The translations under genes were made by a program, and so were the position numbers. Under the pieces are notes generated by a model. The model saw only the letters and a list, made by a program, of their open reading frames with translations, was not told where the DNA came from and searched no databases. Shown one piece after another: positions 22,587 to 34,700 of a stretch of DNA of 64,000 nucleotides (positions are counted from its first letter, which is position 1; each line of letters begins with the position of its first letter). This DNA is from Leucoraja erinacea (lineage: Eukaryota): the NCBI RefSeq assembly GCF_028641065.1, contig NW_026576614.1, positions 1 to 64,000 of the forward strand, in the 5' to 3' direction.

Positions 22587-25260
22587 TCCTATAGAAAGGA
22601 CAGGCAGGTGGGTAGAGGAGGGGGGGGGGGGGGGGGGTAGCTCTGCTGGTGAGGGAGGGAATTCAATCCCTTGCGAGGAAAGACATAGGGACTGATGAGG
22701 TAGAGTCACTGTGGAATTAGTTGAGGAATTGCAAAGGTAAGAAGGCACTAATTGGTGTTATTTACAGATCCCCAGATAGTAGCCCGGATGTAGGGTGTAA
22801 GTTGCAGCAGGAGTTAAAACTGGCATGAAACAAAGGAAATGCCATTGTGGTGATGGGGGATTTCTATATGCACGTAGACTGGGAAAATCAGGTTGGTTCA
22901 GGACCCCAAGAAAGAGAGTTTTTTTAGAATGCCTCCGAGATGGATTCTTATAGCAGCTTGTAATAGAGCCGACCAGATAAAAGGCAATTCTGGATTTACT
23001 GTTGTCCAATGAACCAGATATGATAAGAGAACTCGAGGTAAAGGAACCGCTTGGAGATGGTGATCATAATATGATTAGTTTTGGTCTGCAATTTGAGAAG
23101 GAGAACGTTAAATCGGAAGTGGCAGTGATGCAGTTGAACACAGGGGACTATGAAGGCATGAGAGGGGAGCTGGCCAATGGAGACTGGAAAGGGATCCTAG
23201 CAGGAATGACGGTGGAAGAGCAATGGCAGGAATTTCTGGGCGTAATCCGGAAGACGTTGGATAATTTCATTCCGAAAAGGAAGGAAGACTCTAAGGGGAG
23301 TAGGAGGCAACCGTGGCTGACAAGAAGTTAGGGATAGAATAAAATTAAAATAAAACATGTATAACACAGCAAAGAGTAGCCGGAAGCCAGAGGATTGGGG
23401 AAACTTTCATAGGACAACAGAAGGAAACAAAACGGGCAATACGGGCTGAAAAGATGAAGTACGAAGGGAAGCTGGCCAGGAATATAAAGAAGAACAGTAA
23501 AAGCTTCTTTAGGTATGTTAAGGGAAAAAGAGTAGTAAAGTCAAATGTGGGTCCCTTGAAGGCTGACACGGGTGAAATTATTATGGGCAACAAGGAAATG
23601 GCAGAATAGTTGAATAGGTACTTCGGATCTGTCTTCAATAAGGAAGCCACAAACAATCGCCCATGTGTACTGGAGTACAGATGATCTAAGGGGATAGAGG
23701 AACTGAAATAATTTGTCATTGGGCGAACAATAGTAATGGGCAGGCTAATGGGACTGAAGGATGATAAATCCCCTGGGCCTGATAATCTGCATCCTAGGGT
23801 CCTCAGGGAGGTGGGTCTAGAAATAGTAGACGCATTGGTGATCATTTTCCAATGTTCAATAGATTCAGGATCAGTTCCTGTGGATTGGAGGATAGCTAAT
23901 GTTATCCCACTTTTCAAGAAAGAAGCGAGAGAGAAAACGGGGAATTACAGACGAGTTAGACTGACTTCGTTGGTGGGAAAGATGCTGGAGTCAATTATTA
24001 AAGAGGTAATAATGGGGCATTTGGATAGCAGTAAAGGGATTAGTCCAAGTCAACATTGAGGTTGTGACAAGTAAAATGGATGAAGGGGTGCCAGTGGATG
24101 TAGTGTATCTAGACTTTCAGAAAGCTTTTGATAAGGTCCCGCACGGGAGACTGGTGACCAAAATTAGAGCACATGGTATTGGGGGTAGGGTGTTGACATG
24201 CATAGAAAATTGGTTGGCAGACCGGAAGCAACGAGTAGGAGTGAACGGGTTATTTTCAGAATGGCAGGCAGTGGTGAGTGGAGTGCTGCAAGGCTCGGTG
24301 TCGGGGCCGCAACTGTTTACCATACATATTAATGATTTGGAAGAGGGAATTAGGAGCAACACTAGCAAGTTTGCGGATGACACAAAGCTGGGTGGCAGTG
24401 TGAACTGTAAAGAGGATGTTAGGAGGTTGCAGGGCGACCTGGACTGGTTGAGTGAGTGGGCAGATGCGTGGCAGATGCAGTATAATATAAATAAATGTGA
24501 GGTTATCCACTTTGGCGGCAAAAACAAGGGGCAGATTATTATCGCAATTGGATTAGGTTAGGTACGGGGGAGGTACAGCGAGACCTGGGTGTCCTTGTAC
24601 ATCGGTGACTGAAAGTTGGCGTGCAGGTACAGCAGGTAGTGAAGAAAGCTAATGGAATGTTGGCGTTCATAATAAGAGGATTTCAGTACAGGAGTAAAGA
24701 GGTTATTCTGCAGTTGCAATGGATTGTGTACAGTTTTGGTCTCCTAATTTGAGGAAGAACATCATTGTGATTGAGGCAGTGCAGCGTAGGTTCACGAGAT
24801 TGATCCCTGGGATGGTGGGACTGTCATATGAGGAAAGATTGAAAAGACTAGGCTTGTATTCACTGGAGTTTAGAAGGATGAGGGGGATCTCATAGAAACA
24901 TATTAAAATTATAACAGGACTGGACAAGCTAGATGCAGGAAACATGTTCCCAATGTTGGGCGAGTCCAGAACCAGGGGCCACAGTCTTAGAATAAAGGGG
25001 AGGTCATTTAAGACTGAGGTGAGGAAAAAACCTTTTCACTCAGAGAGTTGTGAATTTATGGAGGGCAGTGGAGGCCAAATCACTGGATGGATTTAAGAGG
25101 TAGTTAGATAGAGCTCTCGTGGCTGATGGAGTCAAGGGATATGGGGAGAAGGCAGGCACGGGTTATTGATAGGGGAAGATCAGCCATGATCACAATGAAT
25201 GGCGGTGCTGGCTCGAAGGGCCGAATGGCCTCCTCCTGCACCTATTTTCTATGTTTCTAT
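22587..25260 (+). mobile_element. CR1 LINE, degraded ORF2, with 6-bp target-site duplication GTCACA
   Basis: GTCACA at 22581-22586 and 25261-25266; single GTCACA at the empty site ~3677; RT motifs in ORFs 23736-24561. Confidence 0.92.
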
Positions 25261-26088
25261 GTCACACTTACTGAGTTCTGAGAACTTCGTGCATTTATAG
25301 CGGCAACTGCAAACAAGCAACTGCAGATGCTGCTTTACCAAGGAAAGACATTGGTAATGGGTCAGATAGCAACCATGGAGAACATTGATAGATGTCGGAG
25401 CTAAGTCTGAGAATGGTCTCTAACCGAGTTTTCACCTACCCACGTGCTCCAGAGATGCTGCCTGAGCAGCGATGTTACTCCGACATTGCGTGCCTTTCCT
25501 TACAATTATAGATCACGGCTGGGAATTCATTGGCGAAATCAATACGAGGTTGAGCGGTGAACCATGGTCATGTTGAATGGTCCAATGAGCGCACGGATCA
25601 TAAAGATCGACTTCGGCTTATTTTTGTCACGTAATTATGTTTCCCGCCCTCCGATATGTTGAATATTGCAGCGTCGGTAGCTTCAGAATCCAACAACGTG
25701 CCCGGCTGCTAATCGCCACGTCTTTGCCACAAACCCCTCAATGTACTGCGAGGAACCGAGTGAAAATAGACCAATGGAATTACACTGCAGTTTTTCCTCT
25801 TTATTGAGAGCTGAGTTACACCAGATCCAATCACAACACGGTTACTGTCTACAGGGGAACCTCCCCCTCTGCGACAGACAGAGGCAGTGTGACACGGGGA
25901 ACTGGGGACAAATCTACAACGAAATTTGCACTGATCTCTGAGATAATTACATATTCGTGTTGTTCCCAGAAGCGGACATTGTTATAGGTTACATTGCACA
26001 ATGTGGCGGCAGACCACAGTGAACATCTCTCTGTGTTAAACATAGCAGAGAATTGGCAGCCGATGCCAATGGCATGAACTCAGTTCGC

Positions 26089-26407
26089 TCAAGCGGATGA
26101 AGAGACGGTGTGGCGGAGAGGCGAGTCCAGAGAGCTGTGGGCTACGCTGCAGGAATAGCTCGTGCCCTTGCCCCATGCGGCGGCGGGGACCCGCAGGTAA
26201 CTGCTCAGCCTGTACGTCTGCTCGGCGTCCAGGGACACGGCGCCCGTCGTCACCCCGCTCTCCGTCTCCACGCCGTCCACGGCCCAGCGCAGCGCCACGA
26301 AGCCCGGCTTAAAGCCGCTCACCAGACAGCTGAGTGTGGCCGAGCCCGTGCCAGTTTCCTCCGGAGACGGAGGGAGCAGGAGAAGCGAGGGCTTCCGAGA
26401 CTCGCTA
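26089..26407 (-). pseudogene. IGL: IgL copy 2 constant exon (damaged)
   Basis: 5 substitutions plus a 1-nt deletion versus copy 1 (hand count); ends TVSSSA*. Confidence 0.85.
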
Positions 26408-26619
26408 CTGTGTGTGTGTGGGGTGGGGGGGGGGGGGGGGGGGGGGGGGGGGAGGCGGAGGAGGAAGAGAGGCATTGTTAGTTGATGGAGACCGCCGGCA
26501 GCGCCACACACTGACCCCAACGCCAGAGAAACGAACTCGGCCACGGAAAGTGGCACTGACTGGGCGGTGCAGCGGTAGAGCAACTGTCTTACAACGCCAG
26601 AGAGCCGGTCGGATCCTAA

Positions 26620-26872
26620 ATATAGGTGCTTGTTTGTTCGGTTTGGACGTTTATCACCGTGGCCGCGTGGATTTTCTAGGAGATATTAGGTTTCCTCCCA
26701 CACTCCCAAGACGTACGGTTGTGTAGGTTCATTGACTTGGTATCAATTTAAACTTATCCCTAGTGTTTGTAGGGTAGTAAGTGTTCGTTTGCGGGGATCT
26801 TTGTTCGGTGTGGACTCGGTGGCCGAAGAGCCTGTGTTCGCGCTGTATCTTATAAGCTAGAACTCAAACTAA
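26620..26872 (+). mobile_element. tRNA-derived SINE in the J-C intron of copy 2 only
   Basis: Central core and tail similar to 17010; lies in block 26520-27130, which is missing from copy 1. Confidence 0.65.
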
Positions 26873-27984
26873 AAGACCATCGATGACGCGAACAATTCGT
26901 GAAACCTGCGGCAAAGGACGCGGCTATTCAACCCAGCAGGTCTAAGCCGGCTAATGAAGACTGGCGCAGGTAAATCGCAGCTGCCGCCTTGCAGCCAACA
27001 TCAGGTCGAGAGCTCCAGGCCCACATGAGTAACATGGCACCGGCACCGGCCCCGGCCCCGTCCCTCCACCCGGCGCCGCTCGCCTTTACGTCGCTCTGTC
27101 GGGACGACTTAATTACGGGGTTCAATAATTCCCCAGCTCTGGAATTCGCTTGAATGTGAATTTGCGAATGTTGCTATTTTAGGAGATACAGCATGGAAAC
27201 TGGCCCTTCGGCCCACCGAGTCCACACTGACCATTTTTTCACCCGCTCACACTAGTTCTATGATATCCCGCTTCTCAACCACTCCCCGTACACTGGAGGC
27301 AATTCACCGCCGGGCAATTAACCTACAAACCCGCACGTCTTTGGGATGTGGGGGAAACCGGAGCAGCCGGAGGAATCCCAGGGAGAACTTGCAATCTCCA
27401 CACAGACAGCACCCGAGGTCAGGTTCCAATCTGGCGCAATGAAGCTACGTATCTACCGTTGAGCCAATGTGCAGCTGACATTTTAAGGGGTTATGGCGGG
27501 AGGTACCGGTACCACCATCCAACACTCCCTGTCAAGTGATGCAAGGGGAGCGGGGGGACGCAGCGCGGCTCCGCAAGCCATTGACAGGTGGAGAGACGAG
27601 GAAGCGACCGGTTCATCCCGGGTTCACCCCGAGCCCGCACCAACACGTCCTTTCCCGCTACACTCTCTAGCCGACTCGCCCAACCCGCTGCCCGGTATTT
27701 TACTCAATGTCTTTCATCAGAATGCCTGCAAATTGTCTTCCTTGTTTCCCCAACATTAACGCGTTTGATTGTCGCAAACTGCGACTTGTGTTAACCATGT
27801 AGGAATCCCCGCGGGCGGGAATACTCTCCTGATCGCTGACGTACGGCGCGGACCCGATGGGCAGAATGGCCTCCCGCGCCCAGTAGAGACAGAGCAAGTT
27901 TTTTTCCGCAGCGCCGATACAAGTCCGGGGAATGAGAACGACTGCAAGGCGGATTCGTGGGAACAGAACGAGGGAGTCACTTAC

Positions 27985-28344
27985 TCTTTATATCCAGGAT
28001 AGTCCCAGGACTGAAGATGTATCCCATGCCGCTTTCCCACACTACACAGTAGTAGACGGCGGCGTCTCCGGGCTCCACGGTGCCGATGGTCAGGGTGTAG
28101 CTGTTGGCGGAAGTATCTCTGGACGGTTGGAACCGGTCTGTGATCCCACTGCCACGGTATATATCATTATCCTTTTCATACGTTAACAACCACTTTGGAC
28201 TCTCCCCGGGACGCTGTCGATACCAACGTGCATGGTAACTTGCAACCTTTGTGTTCTGCATCCGACACTCTAAGCGGGCGGTCTGTGCCGCGGAGACAGG
28301 TCCGGAAGTTGCGGTTTGATTCAGGACTGGAATCGCCAGGAGAC
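27985..28344 (-). CDS. IGL: IgL copy 2 germline-joined VJ exon
   Basis: 360 nt, open frame, both splice sites intact; CDR3-J reads CVVWESGMGYIFSPGTILDIK. Confidence 0.92.
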
Positions 28345-28712
28345 CTTCAACAAAACACAATAAAAACATTCATCAAAACCTCAGAAATAAAAGATATTCA
28401 TTTAGGAATGAGGTGGTGAAGAGTTTCTTTCGTCCGAGGGAGGCGAATCAGTTAATGCATGTATCTCAGGCAGAGATAGATAGATCCGTGTTTCGTTCGG
28501 GTGACAGGGGTTATGCGGAGAAAGCAGGAGAATGGGGTTAGGAGAAAGAGATAGATCAGCCGTGATTGAATGGCCGATCACTTATGAACGGATGAAACGA
28601 CTGGGTGATCTGGAGCCCACAGAAGGCTAAAGACGCGTACAGCTCCGATGATGGTCGAGATTTTAACGAGCCTCGTTGCACATAATCAGTCGTGAACCAA
28701 CCCGAGTCTCAC

Positions 28713-28764
28713 CTGTAGGGAGCAGCAGCAGCAGAGGCCACAGTAGGTGCAGCGCTGGGGCCAT
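28713..28764 (-). CDS. IGL: IgL copy 2 leader exon
   Basis: 52 nt identical to copy 1 leader, GT donor at 28712. Confidence 0.9.
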
Positions 28765-31700
28765 TATTCCGGACAGGGGAGCAGCCAATGTTCAGACCCA
28801 CTCGAGTTGGTCTGCAAAGTCCGGTAGCCGCTCGGGTTCCAGTATCTGGAAACCAGAGCCTCTGGTTGTCTTTATTAACCGGCATATAATGAGTGGGAGG
28901 GGCTATGTAACCTGTGTGGTGGAGACCGATTTCCGGCGCTTATAATCTGCTGATGGCAAATTAAATATCGTCGAATCCTTATTGAAATTAATTTATTAGC
29001 CAAGTATGTAAACATACACGGAATTTAATTTGCCAACAGTCATTCAAAAAAACACCAAGATACATAACCACATACAAATTACACGTAGACTTAAACAGTC
29101 ACCACAGCGGTGTGTGAGAATCCACAGGGCCACAGCATAAGCGGAGACCCAAAGCCATCAGTTCAATGTCCTTCACCGTGATGTGACCAGAGTTGTACCG
29201 ACCGCTGTCACTCTCTCTGCAGTCCCCGTCCGCCCCAACAGTCAGAAAGCCGTAGGTACACAAAAAAGCTGGCGAAACTCAGCGGGGTGTAGCAGCCTCT
29301 TTGGCAGCATCTATGGAGCGAAGGAAATGGGCAACGTTTCGGGCCGAAACCCTTCTTCAGAAAGCCGTCCCGTCCACACTCGCACACTACGGGATGTCCT
29401 CAGGGAGGCATGTCCCCGCAAAACACCGAGATCACCGCACTCTCGGCTCTCCCTCCGAGTCCTCACCAGTGCGGGCAGCACGTCCATCTTGTTTTTTCGG
29501 CGACCTCACATTCCCCACTGTGATGGAAGTCAAATAACTTATCCCTGATGTCCTCCTTTTGTCCCAGCTCCACGATGTTAAAGCCGCTGTGCAGAAGAGA
29601 TACGTTGAAAAAGTCGCAACTCCGTCGGGGAAAGCCGTATATGACTTGGGTACAATACAGGATAATATAGATAGATGTGAGGTTATCCACTTAGGCGGCA
29701 AAAACAAGGGGGCAGATTATTATCTCAATGGGGTTAGGTTAGGTAAGGGGGAAATACAGAGAGACCTGGGTGTCCATGTACACCGGTCACTGAAAGTTGG
29801 GTTACAGGTACAGCAGGCAGTGAAGAAAGCTAATGGGATGTTGGCCGTCATAACAAGAGGATTTCAGTATAGGAGTAAAGAGGTTCTTCTGCAGTTGTAT
29901 AGGGCTCTGGTGAGACCAGATCTGGAGTATTGTGTACAGTTTTGGTCTCCTAATTTGAGGAAGGACATCCTTGTGATTGAGGCAGTGCAGCGTAGGTTCA
30001 CGAGATTGGTCCCTGGGATGGCGGGACTGTCATATGAGGAAAGATTGAAAATACTAGGCATGTATTCACTGGAGTTTAGAAGGATGAGGGAGGATCTTAT
30101 AGAAACATATAAAATTATAAAAGGACCTGACAAGCCAGATGCAGGAACAATGTTCCCAATGTAGGACGAGTCCAGAACCAGGGGTCACAGTCTTAGAACA
30201 AAGGGGAGGTCATTTAAGACTGAGGTGAGAAAAAACGGTTTCACCCAGAGTTTTAAATTTATGGAATTCCCTGCCACAGAAGTCAGTGGAGGGCAATTCA
30301 CCGGATGGATTTAAGAGAGAGTTAGATAGAGCTCTAGGGGCCAGTGGAATCAAGGGGTATGGGGAGACGGCAGGCACGGGTTATTGATTGGGGTTGATCA
30401 GGCATGATCACAATGAATGGCGGTGCTGGCTCGAAGGGCTGAATGGCCTCCTCCTGCACCTATTGTCTATGTTTCTATGTTATAGGTTCTGATTGTTAAT
30501 CCTATGTGTGCCCCTTAACTTTATATACGTCTATTAGGAGTCCACGCAACCTCCAGCGTTCCAGAGAATGCAACCACGTAGCTCAAATGTCCTACTGTAG
30601 TTGACAATCCAGGCATCGTCCTGCTGAATGGTTTATTGGAAGCTAATCCACACAGCCCCAGTACATCACTGCAGGAGTTCCACGAAATAGCGAGCAGAGC
30701 CCAACATTAACAGCAGTTTCACCATTCCCATCCCACCCCACCAGCCCATTCGGGGATCACATGGCAGTTGTATTCATTGTACTTTCCATATCGAGTCGTA
30801 GAGCAGTGAAACCCTAGCCCTTCGGCCCACCTTGTCAACGCACGTTGGCGAGTCCCAGTGCATGCATTTAGCCCTCATCTTTCTAAATCCTTTCAATCCA
30901 CATAGCTGTTCAAATATTTTTCGAAAGTCATTATTGTATCCGATTCTTGCCTTATAATGGAGTGTGGGGCAGGATCGGTGAACAACCATTCGCATGTGCC
31001 ATTAATCGCCTCTTTCCACAAAGAGTCTGTCCACCAAGCTGTGATATCCAATGGTACAGCACTGCAGAATCCTCCGCCATTAACACCCAGAGGCCATAAA
31101 TTAAACCCGATCAATTAAATCAAGATGTGTAAATAATATTTCACACTGAGCGGGGTGGGTTTATGGAACGTGTTGCCAGATGAGATAGTTGAGGCAGAAC
31201 GAGAGTCGAATTTCAAATATATTCGTACAGGCACATGGATATGAATGTTTCGGATAGATTTGGGCCCAACGCAGGCAGGTGGGACGAGTGGAGAAGGGGC
31301 GTCATGGTCGGCACAGCTCAGCCGAAGCGCCTGTGCTGTGTGACTCTGCTGCTCCATGACTAATGTTACCCGATCCCAGGGACAAAGGCCTAAGGTGATA
31401 TGGCGAGAGATTTGTTTCGGGTTAGGCCAAAGACTCTTCAGGAATCAGTAGTGTGTTGGGATGCAACCACGTGGGTGAGTTGTCAACTCGCCTGTACTCC
31501 TGGACAACTTGAGCCCATCCCGACACACGGGTTGGATCTGCGCCACCAACATGAGAATCCATTCCTTACGCCACTCGCCCATGGGCATTCAGCGTGAGGC
31601 GTTACATCAGAAATAAAGACATGGGTATGACAGTGCATTACTTTTCCCAGCAATCATCATACTCGTGGGCACCCAGCCGCAGTGGAGCAGCGGGTAGAGC

Positions 31701-34700
31701 TGCTGCCTCACAGCGCCAGACACCCGGGTTTCTGAACCGGGTGCTGTCTGTGTGGAGCTGTTTCTCCCTGTGTCCGCGCTAGTTTCCTCCTGGTGTTCCC
31801 GTTTCCTCCCACATCCCCCCCCAAATGCTGGTCTTTAGATAATGGAAGGGTAAGATAACATGGAACATGTGTGTACGAGTGATCTTTGGTCAGCCTGTTT
31901 CCGTATTGTTCCTTTAAAATAAAAAGCGCACAACGCAAACCATTCCCGCAGCAACCGTTCTCTGATTTTAGTTACACTACGGGCTTCGGTTTTACACTAT
32001 TGTGGGCACTTTGTATAACTAATTACTAATTGATTGTATTATTGATTACTGTATATTTTCCCCGCGTTAATACGTTAATAGGTGGATCAAGATGCTAAAA
32101 GTGAGAATATCAACGTTCCTTTCCCTCTGCATTTGACCATTAAATACTATTAGGGCACGGGGTTCCTCGCGCCTCTGCTCGCCCTTGTTCAACGTGAAGG
32201 TGGCTGATCATTTACCCGAGTGCTGCCCTCCCGCACGAAACCCATCGCATCAATTCCCTTCACGTCCAACAATCTATCTAAAATCTCATTCAATCCAGGG
32301 GTGGCGTAGCAGTTGAGCTACTGCAGGAAACCCGGGTTCGATACTGACTACGGGTGCTTGTCTGTACGGAATTAGTCCGTTCTCCCCATGTTCGTATGTT
32401 TTCCTCGCGATCTTTTGTTTTCCCCCACACTCCAAAAGCATAGAGATGTGTAGGTTAATTAGCTTGGTATAAATGTAAATTGTCCCCAGTGTGTGTAGGA
32501 TCGTGTAAGTGTGCGGGGATCGCTGGTCGGTGCGGACTCGGTGGGCCGAAGGGATGTGTCTCTAAAGAAAACTAACTAAAATATGTATTGTATAAACCGA
32601 GCAACTGATTCTCCGGAGTCTAAAACGTCACCCCCCTCTGCGGGTGAGTTTATATTCCAGTCAGCCAGGGCAGACCACTTAGTCTGAGAGTGTGGTCTCT
32701 GGATCTGGAGATAGTTGACAGTGGGATTACACCCTGGCAGCACTTGAGATTATAATAGAAACATTTAAACATGGAAAATAGGTGCAGGAGTTGGCCATTA
32801 GGCAATTCGAGCCAGCATCGCCATTCAATGTAATCTTGGCTGATCATCCATGCTCAGTGCCCCGTTCCTGCCTTCTCCCCATATCCCTTGATTCCGCTAA
32901 ACCAAAGAGACGTTTCTTTTCAATATATCCAGTGAATCGGCCTCCACTGCCTTTTGAGGCAGAGAATTCCACAAATTCACAACACTCTGGTGAAAACGTT
33001 TTTCCTCATCTCCGTTCTAAATGCGCTACCCCATATTCTTACACTCTGCCCCCTGGTTCTGGACTCCACCAACATCGGGAACATGTTCTATGCATCTAGC
33101 TTGTCCAATCCCTTTATAATTGTATATGGTTTTATAAGATCCTCTCTCATCCTTCTAAATTCCAGTAAATGCAAGCCCAGTCGTCCCATTCTTTCATCAT
33201 ATGACAGTCCCGCCATCCCGGGAATTAACCTCGTGAAACTACGGTGCGCTCAATAAGAAGAATGTCCTTCCTCAGGAGACCAGAACTGCACGCAATACTC
33301 CAGGGGTGGTCTCACAAGGGCCCTGTACAACTACAGAAGGACCTCGTTGCTCCTATACTCAAATCCTCTCGTTATGAAGGCCTTCCTTCACTGCCTGCTG
33401 TACCTGCGTGCTTACTTTCAGTGACTGGTGTACAAGGACACCCAGGTCTCGTTGCACTTCCCCTTATCCTGCAATATTCTGACTACATTCAGATCGTAAT
33501 CTGCCTTCTCGTTCTTGCCACCAAAGTGGACAAACTCACATTTATCCACATTATACTGCATCTGCCATGCATCTGCCCACTCACCCAACCTATCAAAGTC
33601 ACCCTGCATCCTCATAGCATCCTCTTCACAGTTCACACTGCCACCCAGCTTTGCGGCATCTGCAAATTTGCTAATGTTACTTTTAATTCCTTCATCTAAA
33701 TCATTTATATATATTGTTAATAGCTGCAATCCCAACACCGAGCCTTGTGGCACCCCACTAGTCACTGCGTCTCATTCTGAAAGGGACACGTTAATTCCTA
33801 CTCTTTGTTTCCGGTCTGCCAACCAATTTTCTTTCCATGTCAATACCCTACCCCCAATACCATATGTTCCAATTGTGCCCACTAATCTGTGTAGGACATT
33901 GTCAATGGCTTTCCGATAGTCCAGATACACTACATCCACTGGCTCTCCCTTATCCATATTTCTTGATACGTACTTAAAAAATTGCTCAAACAAGATTTCC
34001 CCTTCATAAATCCATGGTGACTCGGTCAAATCCTGTTACTGCTATCCAAATGCGCCGCTATTACATTGACTCCACCATCTTCCCCACCGCTGGTCTATAA
34101 TTTCCTGTTTTCTCTCTCCCTCCTTTCTTAAAAAGTTGGATAACAGTAGCCCTCCTCCAATCCAAGGGAAGTTGTAACGAGACCTGGGTGTCATGGTACA
34201 CCAGTCATTGAAAGTAGGCACGCAGGTGCAGCAGGCAGTGAAGAAAGCGAATGGTATGTTAGCATTCATAGCAAAAGGAATTGAGTATAAAAGCAGGGAG
34301 GTTCTACTGCAGTTGTACAGGGTCTTGGTGAGACCACACCTGGAATATTGCGTACAGTTTTGGTCTCCTAAGCTGAGGAAATACAATCTTGCATAGAGGG
34401 AGTACAGAGAAGGTTCACCAGACTGATTCCTGAAATGGCAGGACTTTCATATGAAGAAAGACTAGATAGACTCGGCTTGTACTCGCTAAAATTTAGAAGA
34501 TTGAGGGGGCATCTTATAGAAACTTATAGAATTCTTAAGCGGTTGAACAGGCTAGATGCAGGAAGATTATTCCCGATGTTGGGGAAGTCCAGAACAAGGG
34601 ATCACAGTTTAAGGATAAGGGGGAAGTCTTTTAGGTCCGAGATGAGAAAAACATTTTTTACACAGAGAGTGGTGAATCTGTGGAATACTCTGCCACAGAA

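Larger units (their letters stand above)
26080..28764 (-). pseudogene. IGL: Ig light chain copy 2 (type I / sigma-cart, germline-joined VJ), probable pseudogene
   Basis: Leader 28713-28764 and VJ 27985-28344 are open; C acceptor reads CACAG|TAGCGAG versus CACAG|GTAGCGAG in copy 1, giving a frameshift on splicing; TGC>TGA at 26089-26091 removes the terminal Cys-Ala-Asn. Confidence 0.75.
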
